Source of the DNA: Ramazzottius varieornatus
Lineage: Eukaryota; Animalia; Tardigrada
Direction of reading: 5' to 3'
NCBI GenBank assembly: GCA_001949185.1
Contig: BDGG01000002.1
Span: forward strand, 7,244,448-7,308,447
DNA: 64,000 bases
Shown: in pieces, positions 53,046 to 63,773 of the stretch
Numbering within the stretch: position 1 is the first letter of the stretch
Layout of the letters: the number at the start of each line of letters is the position of its first letter
Translations under genes and position numbers: made by a program
Notes under the pieces: generated by a model
What the model was told of the DNA's origin: nothing
Database searches by the model: none
What the model saw: only the letters and a program-made list of their open reading frames with translations

Positions 53046-55822
53046 CTACACGAGCCGTCGATAGGTTCTCTGTGCAGTGACGTTTCCGTATGTGTACGTC
53101 TGAAACAAAGGGAAAATGTTGGTATTTTCCCTGTTCAGCCTTAGCTTTGGAGCCAGTGGTCGCCAGGAAGTGACTTACCGATGTATATCCCTCTTGAGTG
53201 AAGTCTCGTGTGACAGCGAACTCACCCCACGATGGCGTACTCTTGAGTGTGGCCGCCGTGCGTTTCTCCACGAACACTGTGCGCAACTGTGTACGATCAC
53301 CCTCGTACGCCAGGTAAGTATATTCCATCACCCATCTGCCTTTGACTTGTTGCTGATATCGTTCACCGAGGGTGAAAGGAACTTCGTGAAAGGTAGTGTT
53401 AACGTTGGCTGGATAAGAGAACTTTTGGAAATAAGTGCCGTTGTTCTCGTAGTACTCCATGATGGTCTTGGTCAGCAGCTCGGGGAAATCTAACAAAGGA
53501 GAATGCAACAATATTGTAAGGAGATAATTATTAAGCTGGAAAAAAACACAAAAAAGGCCATACATATCCCGAGCGCGAAATTCGAAAAGTCCTTCGAATT
53601 CATGACACTCTCATATTTGCCGTAGATGATCAGGGGAAGCTGTCGCCGGAAGAATCGTTTGGCGGTCATCGGACCCGTTGTGGTCTCTCGCCGGTAACCC
53701 TGCGAAAAAGGTGTTTCGTCCAGTCTCACATAATATATTCAACGGACAAGTACAGTTTTGGTGGGCCCCGTGTGAGGAACTTACCACCATTACGCCTCTT
53801 CCATCAAAGGTGTAGTTTGAGGTGAACGAATTCTCGTTGGCCAGATTCTGGTATTCACCAAACAAGACAGGCTTCTCGCCTCCCTCGTAATAGAAAGATA
53901 TCTGAAAGGAAGACTGCAGATCACAGAGCTTTGCAGATGTGAAATTGCGACCGCCTACCTTGTAAGGTTGTGATGCTATAGTCATTTCAGTTGAGGCGTC
54001 ACCGAAATCGGCAAGCTGGAACGGAACGACCATGGACTCGTCCGATCCGAAGGCGTTCTTCACCTGCAGTTCGTAGCTGCTGTTTTGAGGGTTCTTGCGG
54101 AAAGTTAGAGCGGTAGAAGCGTCCATTTTGACACCGGGTCCGTCTAGGACATGGAGCATACATCTTTTTGGTGGAACTCATTTGGCAAAGAACATCGAAG
54201 CGACAATGAGCTTACGATAGACGGAGTTGAATGCGCCAAAATTTTGGTCTTCCTGCGACGATGCAACGAAGGTCCCGAAAAAATGCAGAGGAAGAGCTCG
54301 ACGATACTTTCGAGTTGCTTCCACACTTCCTATTCGATAAGTCTACAAAAAAAATCCATAAGCTGCAATGCCAGAAGAATGGGCGGAGGTAGTCTTACCG
54401 CGTTTATCCCCTGTCGGTCGATCACAGCAGTCCACAACCATCTGTCTCCAGTTGCAGGGGAAAACTGTCCTCGTACGATGGTGGTGTTGATACTTTCTCC
54501 CTTTTCCACATCGACCACATACTGAAAGGACAAGGGCCATTGTCGTCGGAAAAATGACAAGTGGTTGCGGCGGAAAAATTACCTCCACTTGCTGGCTGTT
54601 AATGGTCCGGCGCTGCACTTCACCAACAATGAAAGGATACTCAATCTGGACAGTCTCGGGATCCAGAAGGTATTTCAAAATGTAATATTTTCCTGACTGG
54701 CCCAGGTACACCTTGTTATTGCCGGAGGAACTTCCGCCTATCGGAGTGACTGCAAATATTTGGATTTTTTTCCAGAAAACTGCACGACAGGGGTAAGAAC
54801 TCGATAATTAAAAACAGTTAACTTACGAAGTTTTAAGCCAATCTGCTTGAAGTTGCTGGACTGCTTGGATTGCTCATTTTCATAGTATCCTAACGCAGTC
54901 TTCGGGATCAGGCGTCTGTAAGATCGGCGAGCCATGATGTTATCCAGCACGTCACTATGCGTATAGGTCTGAAATGAACAGAATGAAGGGTGAACTAACC
55001 GGACAATAATAATGAAATATGCTGTACGTACTACAGTCATTCCGCCTTTTGAGAATACTGCCTCGACCGTAAAGGACATCCACCCATCCCGTTCTGCATA
55101 CCGCGCAAAGATCGTGGCCTTGTTGGGATCGTTCGGCGTAATTTCCAGATAGTAGGTGTACTAAAGAGGAAAAGCCTGGCTCGTTAATTAAGAAAAAAGA
55201 TGGAGTACACGTGTACTGCAAGAACTGAATTTTTCGTGAATGGGAATGCAGTAGTTCATACATCAATGATCTTGTCCTGTGCGTGTAAAGTTCGTAGTTC
55301 GCCGAACCCGAACGGGAAGGTCAAAACAAAGGTGGTGTTTTCAAAGACGAACTGATGGTAGTAAGACCCATTGTTCTTGAAGAAGCGGACGACATTTCTG
55401 TCGGAGAGGCCTGTCGGCAAACCTACAAAACGGCAATCAAAATTTACGAAACTGTAATTGCATTTGCAAAATGGCTTTAACAGCACTCACAAACACAAGA
55501 CTTACGAAGGGCCTTTCCGAACTCTGCAATATTGCCCCGACCACCTGTAAAACCAACCCTCATTTTGCACTCGTGATTACAGTTTCGCACAGTTACATAT
55601 TCAGATGAACAGGAAAAATCTCAGAATACCTGGCAAACTTTCAAAATCCCCCATGATGATGGACGGAATGGTACCCGGTTCCGCCGCGAAAACGGAGGCA
55701 ACTGCAGAGATAGTAAGTTCGATCCATGTATACATTCGACCGCGGTACAATATAGAAAGCGACTTGATCTCACCTACTAGGACGAAGCTTCCGGTCCATA
55801 ATAAGATCTCATGGTACTCCAT
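53046..55822 (-). CDS. Secreted protein of four tandem SAHS/FABP-like (calycin beta-barrel) domains, about 590 aa
   Basis: Phase-consistent splicing gives the signal MEYHEILLWTGSFVLVVASVFA plus 4 repeats. Each starts with P-x-x-x-x-G-x-(F/Y) (PSIIMGDFES, PKTALGYYEN, PLHFFGTFVA, PLIIYGKYES), has a PF-x-x-(G/A)-(E/D) motif, and ends TYTHSD..ARRSYRR, TYRIGSVEATRKYRR, GY..MTAKRFFRR or TYTYGNVTAQRTYRRLV*. These resemble recalled SAHS motifs WMGKWES..NFDAF..ALGLP and TYKVGDVTAKRWYKK. Confidence 0.8.
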
Positions 55823-57414
55823 GGTTTCCTACCTGCTGTCCAGAAGCTGAATCTATGGCTTAAATGCACAAATTTGTAATTCTGAAAGCGGAATCATATA
55901 CACTGTCGTCTGAAATTGAAATTGAGTGCATCTCGTTGGTTTAGCATGGAGTACGAGAGACACTATCGCGTTAGACAACTGATGCCTATCTGGTGGTCAA
56001 AAGTCAAGTGGAGATAGGCAGCTACAGTATAGGGATCCCTTTCACTTGCTGTGACGTGAAACGCTAGATAAGAATACGAATAAAAGGCGAATAGCACTAT
56101 AAAGGACAGAGTGGAAAGTCTCAATATGGCTGCATCTCCGAAGGCTGATGGTCAAACCAGGAAGTCTCCATCTTTGAAGCAGCTGTAGCTAGAAACCTGC
56201 CGGAAAGGGTTGCGGACCGGGTTCCAAGTAAGTTTAATTTAGTTGTTTATGTGGAAAGAATTCTGTGTTTTAAGGTAAATTCGGAACATGTACGAAATTT
56301 GATTACTATACACGCAGGCTCCAAATGCTCCAACTGTTTCTTTGTGTGCGGATGACCGCGCACGACCGTGAGCAACTAAGACTTAAGCATAGAAGGCGCA
56401 GTCCAACGTGTCAGATACGGTCACGCCTTCCGAGTAATTCCTGGCACGCGAATGAGAGGTGTCCTTCTAAAACCTCTCTGGGCTTCACAGCCCGGTACCT
56501 GAAGCAGAAAGCGCTACGGTCCAAACCAAGGATATTGCCGTCCTCCCAGCAACTAAACGTACTTTCCTAACTGGGTCCTCCAAGTCGCCGCACATTCCAA
56601 TCGCTGAGCGTGGCCCTCTCGAGCTGCATCCTGAACTGTTTTCAGAACGTCCCCTTCAAGCCACCAAGCGATTTCCCCAGCCATTGTAGCTGCTATTTTC
56701 CATAAGGCCAAACGTGATCCATCCCATCCAGCCCATAAAAGAAACTTAGATACGATGCTAAGCGAATTTTTCCATCAAACCGGTTTATTCCCAAAGGCGT
56801 ACAACAGGTCAATCTGTGTCACCTCTTGATTTAAAAGTTTTATACCGTTATGTAATGGGTGGAGGGCCGTGGAGCCGGTGGAGGTTGCAAAGTGGTGAAG
56901 GCGTTTGGGTGCTAATCGAATGTGTTCTCCCGTATGAGTTCGAATCTCATCCTTCACGAACGTCGACTCTTTTTTCAAGATTCGACAGAAATAATATTGC
57001 ATTGGGTTTCTAAATTCCAAAAACTGGAAAAGTACCGATATGTAGCAAAAGCAAAACTGCTCACGCTGTTTTGTTCTCTGTTGTCTTTGCTGGGCAAGGG
57101 CAACGGATCGACGAACTGTCCGACGAACATTAGAAATTTTCTCGCTAGAGAATCCCTTCTTCAACGAACCCGATCTTGACCTACTGTAGTCTCTCCGCAA
57201 GCATTATTCGAACTATTTTAGTCGTACCAACACACACCTATCCACAAAATGGTTATTCGAGCTCGATAGAGTGGTTGGACTTTACACACTCACATACGAG
57301 GAAGAATTCAAGAACAGCTTTTCGGATTAAGACAAGCAGAAAATTTCAGTCAGCTGAAATAGAATGAGAGTATTTACAAATTGCAACAGCTACCTTTCAG
57401 GTATCTTCGTCGGG

Positions 57415-60203
57415 TCAGTCGATACGCTTCCTGTTGGGTAGGGCCTTCATCCATGTCTTGCTCAAACCGTGCATGTCGATGAGGATTCCTTTCCGTGCGA
57501 ATTCGTCCAGTCTTTTGGAGTTTTCTTCCAACTGACTCTGAAAAGCGAAAAGTTTGACCAGTCCATCTAATGGTGGGGTGGAAATAACAAAAAAACAATG
57601 GCGGAAGAAGAGAGCGCTTACCTTTGCGGGTGCCTTCAACAGCATTATCTTTTTCGTCTTCGGATCCGTCTTGATGAGGTCCAGTCGGACAAACGTGTCT
57701 TCGATATCTTCCTTCGTCATTCCCAGTTCGCTAATCATGGCGTCCATCAGCTCGCTGAACTGGTTGGTGTTCTCCCATTTCTTCAGCAGGGCTCTCGAAA
57801 CCACGCACTTCCAGTACGACGCGAACGCCAAGAGACCAGGTCGCGACAGAGGGCGCTCTGGTGTACCCGGCTTATGCGTCGTTCTCGCTATGATATAACC
57901 TGCAAAAAAACCCGACCGATACAATGCAAAAATTTTGCGATCGCCAAAGCAGTTTACGCAAAGTGGACGATTTCCATCACAGTACAGCATACAGCAGTCA
58001 TCCAAATCTAACATCACATGGGAGATCGGCCAACACAGCTGAAGAGATCGTTCCTCCAAGTGGCGCACGCTGTCAGTGTTATTGGCTGAAAGCGTGCGCC
58101 ACCTGGAAAGACGGTCTTGTCGATCTAGTTTGCGGAGGTTTCACATAGCTTACTGAGGTCAATTAGGATTTTCCCAAAGCCGCGTTTTTCGAACTGCGGA
58201 AGAACAAGAATACAGGCCAGCGTGTTCTTTTCCAGGTCTTTGTCCTTGGAGAAGTAGCCGACAGGTCGATAAAGACCGTCTTCGCCTCGCTGGGAGAGTA
58301 CATAGTACATCATGTAGATAACGTCGTAGGTGACCGCTTTGGTCGACAGGAAGAAACGGGACAAGATCGACAGGTTCTGGCAGAACTCCTGAAATGGAAA
58401 GAATACAACAAAGTTTATTCTCGTCAAACTTCGGTACAGACTCAACTGCGAGATTCCAACCGCTTCATACCCTGTGGATTTTCCCATCTATTTCGTAGAT
58501 GGCGATGTCGTTCTTGGTGTAGATGTTACTTCCGGGCGGGCAAATCTTTGAGCAGCCAGTAACATGACGGAGGAACTGAGTCTTGTCGTACAACATTTCC
58601 AGACAGACATCGCAGAAGAAGACTTGCTTATGAAGCGGCTCGTCTCGGCCAGTCGCCGACATCTCGCTAGACAAGAAAGCAAACACTGTGTTGATACTCG
58701 GAACACTTTGGTAACACCAATGACAGATTTACTCACTTCACTTCGATTAAGTATTTCCCAATCTGAATCTTCTCTATAAAGCTTTTCTTCCTGTCCGTCG
58801 GATCCAACTGAGACTACAACAAACGAAAAGGTGGGTTAACCTCGCGAAGTTACGAATGTTGCACGTGTCTTTTTTTTCATCATGAACCTACATTCTGAAT
58901 AGCGTTGCTGACTTTCCCCATTTCGAACATCATTTTGGCGAAGACCGAGATGCCTTTTATCTCAGGGGCCACGAAGACGTCAGTCGGCTTTACTGGCTTC
59001 ACGGGTTTGTCCTGGATGTTCATTCGTTCGTCCGCCAGTCCACTTAACATCTCCGCCTACAAATAACGAGGTTTCCAGTAAACAATAGTATCCGAAAGTT
59101 ATCAGCGTGCGTGGCATACTGCTTCTCTCAGCTTCTTCGGGTACGTCTTTCTAGGATTAGTTTCAGCGAGTTTAGCTTGGAGAGCTGTATAGGTTGCAGA
59201 TGTTTCTGCCGATATCCGGTTGTATTTTGGACAGGTATCCAATGAGAAATGTTTCTCACTTCGTCCGTTCAGATGTCCTACACAAATACAGTTCCATAAA
59301 AACGGCCACTCGTTTATCGTTATCGTTCATATAGTATCTGGTTGGTGATGTCCGGAAACAAACTAAGTGAAATCGTTATAGTTACCAGAGCCATCGCAGT
59401 TCGTGGCGGCGCAGCAATGCGGAAAAGGAAGGGTATGCGCGTCTGTGTCTTCGGCAGAAGATGAGTCTCGTTCCGCTTCCAGACTGCGCGAATGGCGTTG
59501 GCGTGGGTTAGGTTTCCGTTTGGGTTTGACAGGGCTCTTGACGAGAAGTTTTTTGTTCTGACCACCGAGAATCTTTGTCCGCCGGAAACCTCGTGTGGTG
59601 TGTTTTGCGTCGATGCAGTCCTTGCACAAAAATGGAGTCTCATCTAAACAAGAGTGGAAAAACTTATCATTCCGCGTTCACTGTATATGCAGTATGCAAT
59701 ATACAGGATAACGATACAGAGTTTAGCGTCTTACCGTCAAGGTTGACATCGAGCAAAGGCGGGTCTAGGCATCGACCATGGCATCCACGATCACACCCAT
59801 CGCAAAACATCATGCCAGTCTACAAATAGTGAGAGGGTGGGTAAAGCAGTACAATATAGTCCGCGGCGGAAGTCAACATACGGCGTCTGCTTTGCGGCAG
59901 ATAAGACATCGGCGACATGACGAGCACTCCCAATTGTAGTTCGTGATCCGGCTACATTTCGGAGGAATTTCTGCACAACTAGAGTGATCTGTAAAATAAG
60001 CATCGCTCTTTCAGATTTGCTGTGGTACTGTGGCAAGACCTGTCGAGATGAATGAGGGATCAGAGCGATTACTCACAGACGTCCGAACAGAAGGTGCATC
60101 GTACCCACGGGGGAAATCCTCCTCGTCGCTTACGCGGTACTTCCGACACGTCAATGTCCTCACCGCACTGTTCACATTGTACAGTTTCGCTGTCCGAATC
60201 CAT
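57415..60203 (-). CDS. MYST-family histone acetyltransferase with a double PHD finger and a CCHHC zinc finger (KAT7/KAT6-like, divergent)
   Basis: PHDs: CEQC..CTFC..WECSSCRRCLIC..MMFCDGCDRGCHGRCLDPPL..FLCKDC. CCHHC: CAATNCDGSGHLNGRSEKHFSLDTCP. MYST: FFCDVCLE..H..C..PPG, YEIDG, FCQNLSILSRFFLSTK, VGYFSKDK, LACILVLPQFEKRGFGKILIDLS, GTPERPLS. Confidence 0.88.
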
Positions 60204-61380
60204 TGAGAGATCCGTCCGAGACCTGGAAGGACGAACAATCGGTCCTACCAGGCGGAAGAACGAAGAAGTAGACAAATTGCGAGAGCGTCACGCGTCTTTC
60301 TGGCTTCCGGTGACGCTGTTGAATGAATCATAGACCGGTTGAGTCAGCGGTAGAAATCTGTTCAGTATTCAATAGCCCTTAACTCCGCTCAAACTATAGC
60401 AAGCCTGAGCCTACCGCGGAAAGATCAAAGAATGGGACTGCGGGTTCATTCACATCTGACGTAATAGAGAGCGTCTTTCACTCAAATAATCAACTCAAGT
60501 AAACTGTGGACTCCGCCCAGACCGCTTGCTACGCCCGCTGACCAATAGACAGCAAGGAAGGGCCATTGAACCAGCTGCGATTGGGCACCCAGCCTACCAT
60601 TGCCAGTGGCTAGGTGTCGGTGGTCAGCCTAGCAAGAGGTGTCGGTGGTCAGCCCCAGTGGTCAACCTACCTATCTACCTACTGGGCAGCACGAGTTACG
60701 TCATACCCTGTCGGTCGTACATCACACCCTGCCCGCATTCGATCGTACATCATACCCTGTCGCACGGACATAAAGCCCTGTCGATAGTGCGGTAAGGTTC
60801 GTGCCACTATCCATTTGTCCGATCAGCAGGGTGCTGAGACGGATCAATTGTGTTTTAATCAACTGGCCGTTTACTCCAGTTGATTTGTACCGAATTGATT
60901 GATGGGGCACCAATTCATGATACAGCAAAAACTTGGTAAAGCTATAAAAACTCCAAAAAGATCCAGAAAATTTCAGAAAATCCAGAATTATCCCATGATA
61001 ATTCTTGCTTCTAGACGCTCGAGCACTGCCTGAGAAGGGACGACGAAGACTCTCCGAAGGATTTTAGTCACAAAATCGTTAACAAAGAATTTTGGATCAA
61101 GCATTTTCATTTCTAACATTGCGATAACGAAGCGTTTACACTGGCCGCTGGAATTGATCGACCGATCAGCTTGCGGTGGAACAAAATTCAAACAATCAAT
61201 CCTTCGGTTTAGCAGGAACGTGACCGAGCGTTCAAGTCTTAGACACAAACTGGCACAGCAGTCGAATTATGGCAAAGCCCAGATTGTTATCTGAAGTCCG
61301 TAACTGAGTTTTCTCGCGAAAATCGTCAAATTGACATCGGACGGTCCCTCGCGGCCGACATCCCAATTCCCAAGTGACGG

Positions 61381-61452
61381 ATGGCGGGAATGGCGGGGAT
61401 GGCGGGGATGGTGGGGATGGCGGGGATGGCGGGGATGGCGGGGATGGCGGTG
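61381..61452 (+). repeat. 8 x 9-bp tandem repeat (ATGGCGGGG) encoding (MAG)n
   Basis: Directly visible in the sequence. Every unit begins with an in-frame ATG. Confidence 0.95.
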
Positions 61453-63450
61453 AAAGTGGACGGCAAGGGACCAGCGTCGACAGGTCTGAAGGATCCGTTA
61501 CAGTTCCCCTACATCGTCGTCGGTCGATCTGCAGACAGGAGAGAACAGCTAGAGTGCCAGATAGCCTTCTTCAAACGTACTTACAGATATAAGGACTACA
61601 CGGCACATCCGGATAAAGTACACTGCATGTCATGGAACGTGGATGGCTCTTTACTAGTAGGTTTGAAAGCTCGCCTGGATTTCAATTAAGACTTCCCGAT
61701 AGTTCGCTTAACGCTCGATCGTACTTTACTCATACTCATACTTCAAGGCAACGGGATCATACGATAAGAGCGTCATCTTGTTCGCGTACAAGGACGGCAA
61801 GCTATTTCGAGATTATTCCTTAAAGGAACATAACCATAGGTAAGCAGGAGAACATCAGCGAAAGTATCGGTCCATGAATTTTAACCAAATTTTCGTCATA
61901 ATTTTTGTACATAGTATCTTCCATTGCTTTTTTCCTCGTAGTATCGACCAGCTGGCCTGGCATCCCATAAAGCCTGATATCCTCCTCACCTACTCCGCGG
62001 ACAGGGTAGTTCGACTATGGAACGTCAAGCAGCGTAAAGCTCTTCAGTCGTATTCCATCAAGGCTGATGCTCTTTGCGTAGCGTGGGCTCCTGACGGAAA
62101 GACGTTCGCCGTCGGAGACAAAGATGACGTCCTCACGTTTTACGAGGTCGAGAAAGGACAGAAAGTGGATCGACAGTTCGGGTACGAAATCAACGAGTTC
62201 GTGTTCCGCGAAAGCAACGGCAGTATCTACCTGTTCCTGACCACCGGAACCACCGCGGGACATGGCGGCAGGCTGGAGTACTTCGAATACGCCTTTCCCG
62301 AACTGCGCCCAATGTAAGCAACAGGTGGAACATAGCTTTGCTTTTGAGCTGACGTTTGACTATGTGCTGCAGAAACAGCATTCCAGTTTCCGGTGTAACC
62401 AGCACAGTGGCCAAGCTGAATTACACCGGAAGTGCGCTAGCTGTTGGAGGGATGGACGGTAACGTGACACTATGGGACATGAATGGAATGTTTCCCATGC
62501 AAGAAGTCTCTCGGCAGAAGCAAGGCATACGCGGTATATCCTTCAGTCACGATAACCGTTTCATAGCCTGTGTGGCCGAGCATGAAAACTACATCGACGT
62601 AGCGCTGGTCGAGACCGGCGAGAAAGTATGGAGTTTCCAGAACGAAGAGCGTGACGACGAAGAGCATACCTCACTCTGCTGCATCGCCTTCCATCCTACC
62701 CAACTGTACCTCGCTTGTGCTTACGACCACAAGAAAAGCCACAAAGACGGATCGTTCGTGAGACTCTTTGGTGGAACTGGTCCATATGATGACAAGAAGA
62801 AGGATGGAAGAGATTCGCGAGGTCGATCGAGGGAACGAGAGACCAAGGCCGTCAAAAAGCCACTTCCGGTCAAAGTCGAGAAGGATAAAGATGGGAAAGA
62901 TAAAGAGAAAGTAAGATTCGAGTCAAAGTTTTCGTTTCTGAAACCTACGGCAGAGCAGCTAGCGGGACTGGAAGAAAGGAAAGCAGCGAAGGAAGCCAGG
63001 GATGCCAAAGCTGCGCAGATGGCGCAAGCTAGAGCGGCTGCTGCGGCTGCGAGATTACCGGTGAGTTTTTCTGAGCTCGAAAAGGAGGAAGTGGTAAGTT
63101 TTCTTGGTTGCTTGTAGGTGAAAGTGGCAACGAGGCTTGGTGCAGCAGTCACGGCCTCGCCAGTGCGTTCGGGGATCCGGGAGACGGCCAAGCCTCAACT
63201 TCCGGCACAGCCTTCGAGGGATTCGCCGAAGAACTCTCGGCCAGCAAGTCCGCGGAACAAGGACGTAAGTAGCGGAAGAAGAGAAGATGATCCGAAGGAA
63301 GGGTCGTCTAGGAGTTCGTCGACGAATACCAGAAAGCTGGAAGTGGAAGAGAATGACCGGAAGAGGATCCGGTCGAGCGCAAGAGAGGGAGATGGCAAAG
63401 ATTCAAAACAACAACCTGCTGCACCAAGAGGCGATAATCCACGAAGGTAG
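61381..63450 (+). CDS. THOC3: THO complex subunit 3 (Tex1), WD40 protein with a long charged C-terminal extension
   Basis: AHPDKVHCMSWNVDGSLL|ATGSYDKSV, IDQLAWHP..SADRVVRLW, WAPDGKTFAVGDKDDVLTF, YEINE, FLTTG, ISFSHD, YIDVALVETGEKV, IAFHP..LACA, GSFVRLFG. Confidence 0.88.
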
Positions 63451-63773
63451 TGTTTCATTCGTCTGCGAGTGATTCATCTGTCTTTTTAGAAAGGATGCTG
63501 TAAAATAAAATTCGACTTCGTCTCGAGTTGGCACCTCTCTCCGAGATAGTTTGTTATCTTCGTTCTTTACATATACTGTAGGTGTTGATCTCATACTTTT
63601 TACTGGCTCATACTTTTCGAAGCCAGTTCACGCTACCAGTTCTTACCTTCACGTGCACAACTATCAAATACACTGTGGTAGTGAATGAATCTCGCAGCTT
63701 TCTCATATAGTTACCGGAAAAATTGTTAGAAATCACAGATGAAACTAATAGTGCTAGACTGGGACGATTAGTT

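Noticed and set aside
56380-57200. Minus-strand open frames downstream of the MYST gene (RDYSRSRS.., LECAATWR..)
   Set aside because: No coherent gene model or convincing motif. It could be UTR or intergenic sequence.
61381-61452. Tandem repeats considered as a CRISPR-like array
   Set aside because: There are no spacers and the context is a eukaryotic gene. It is a simple minisatellite.
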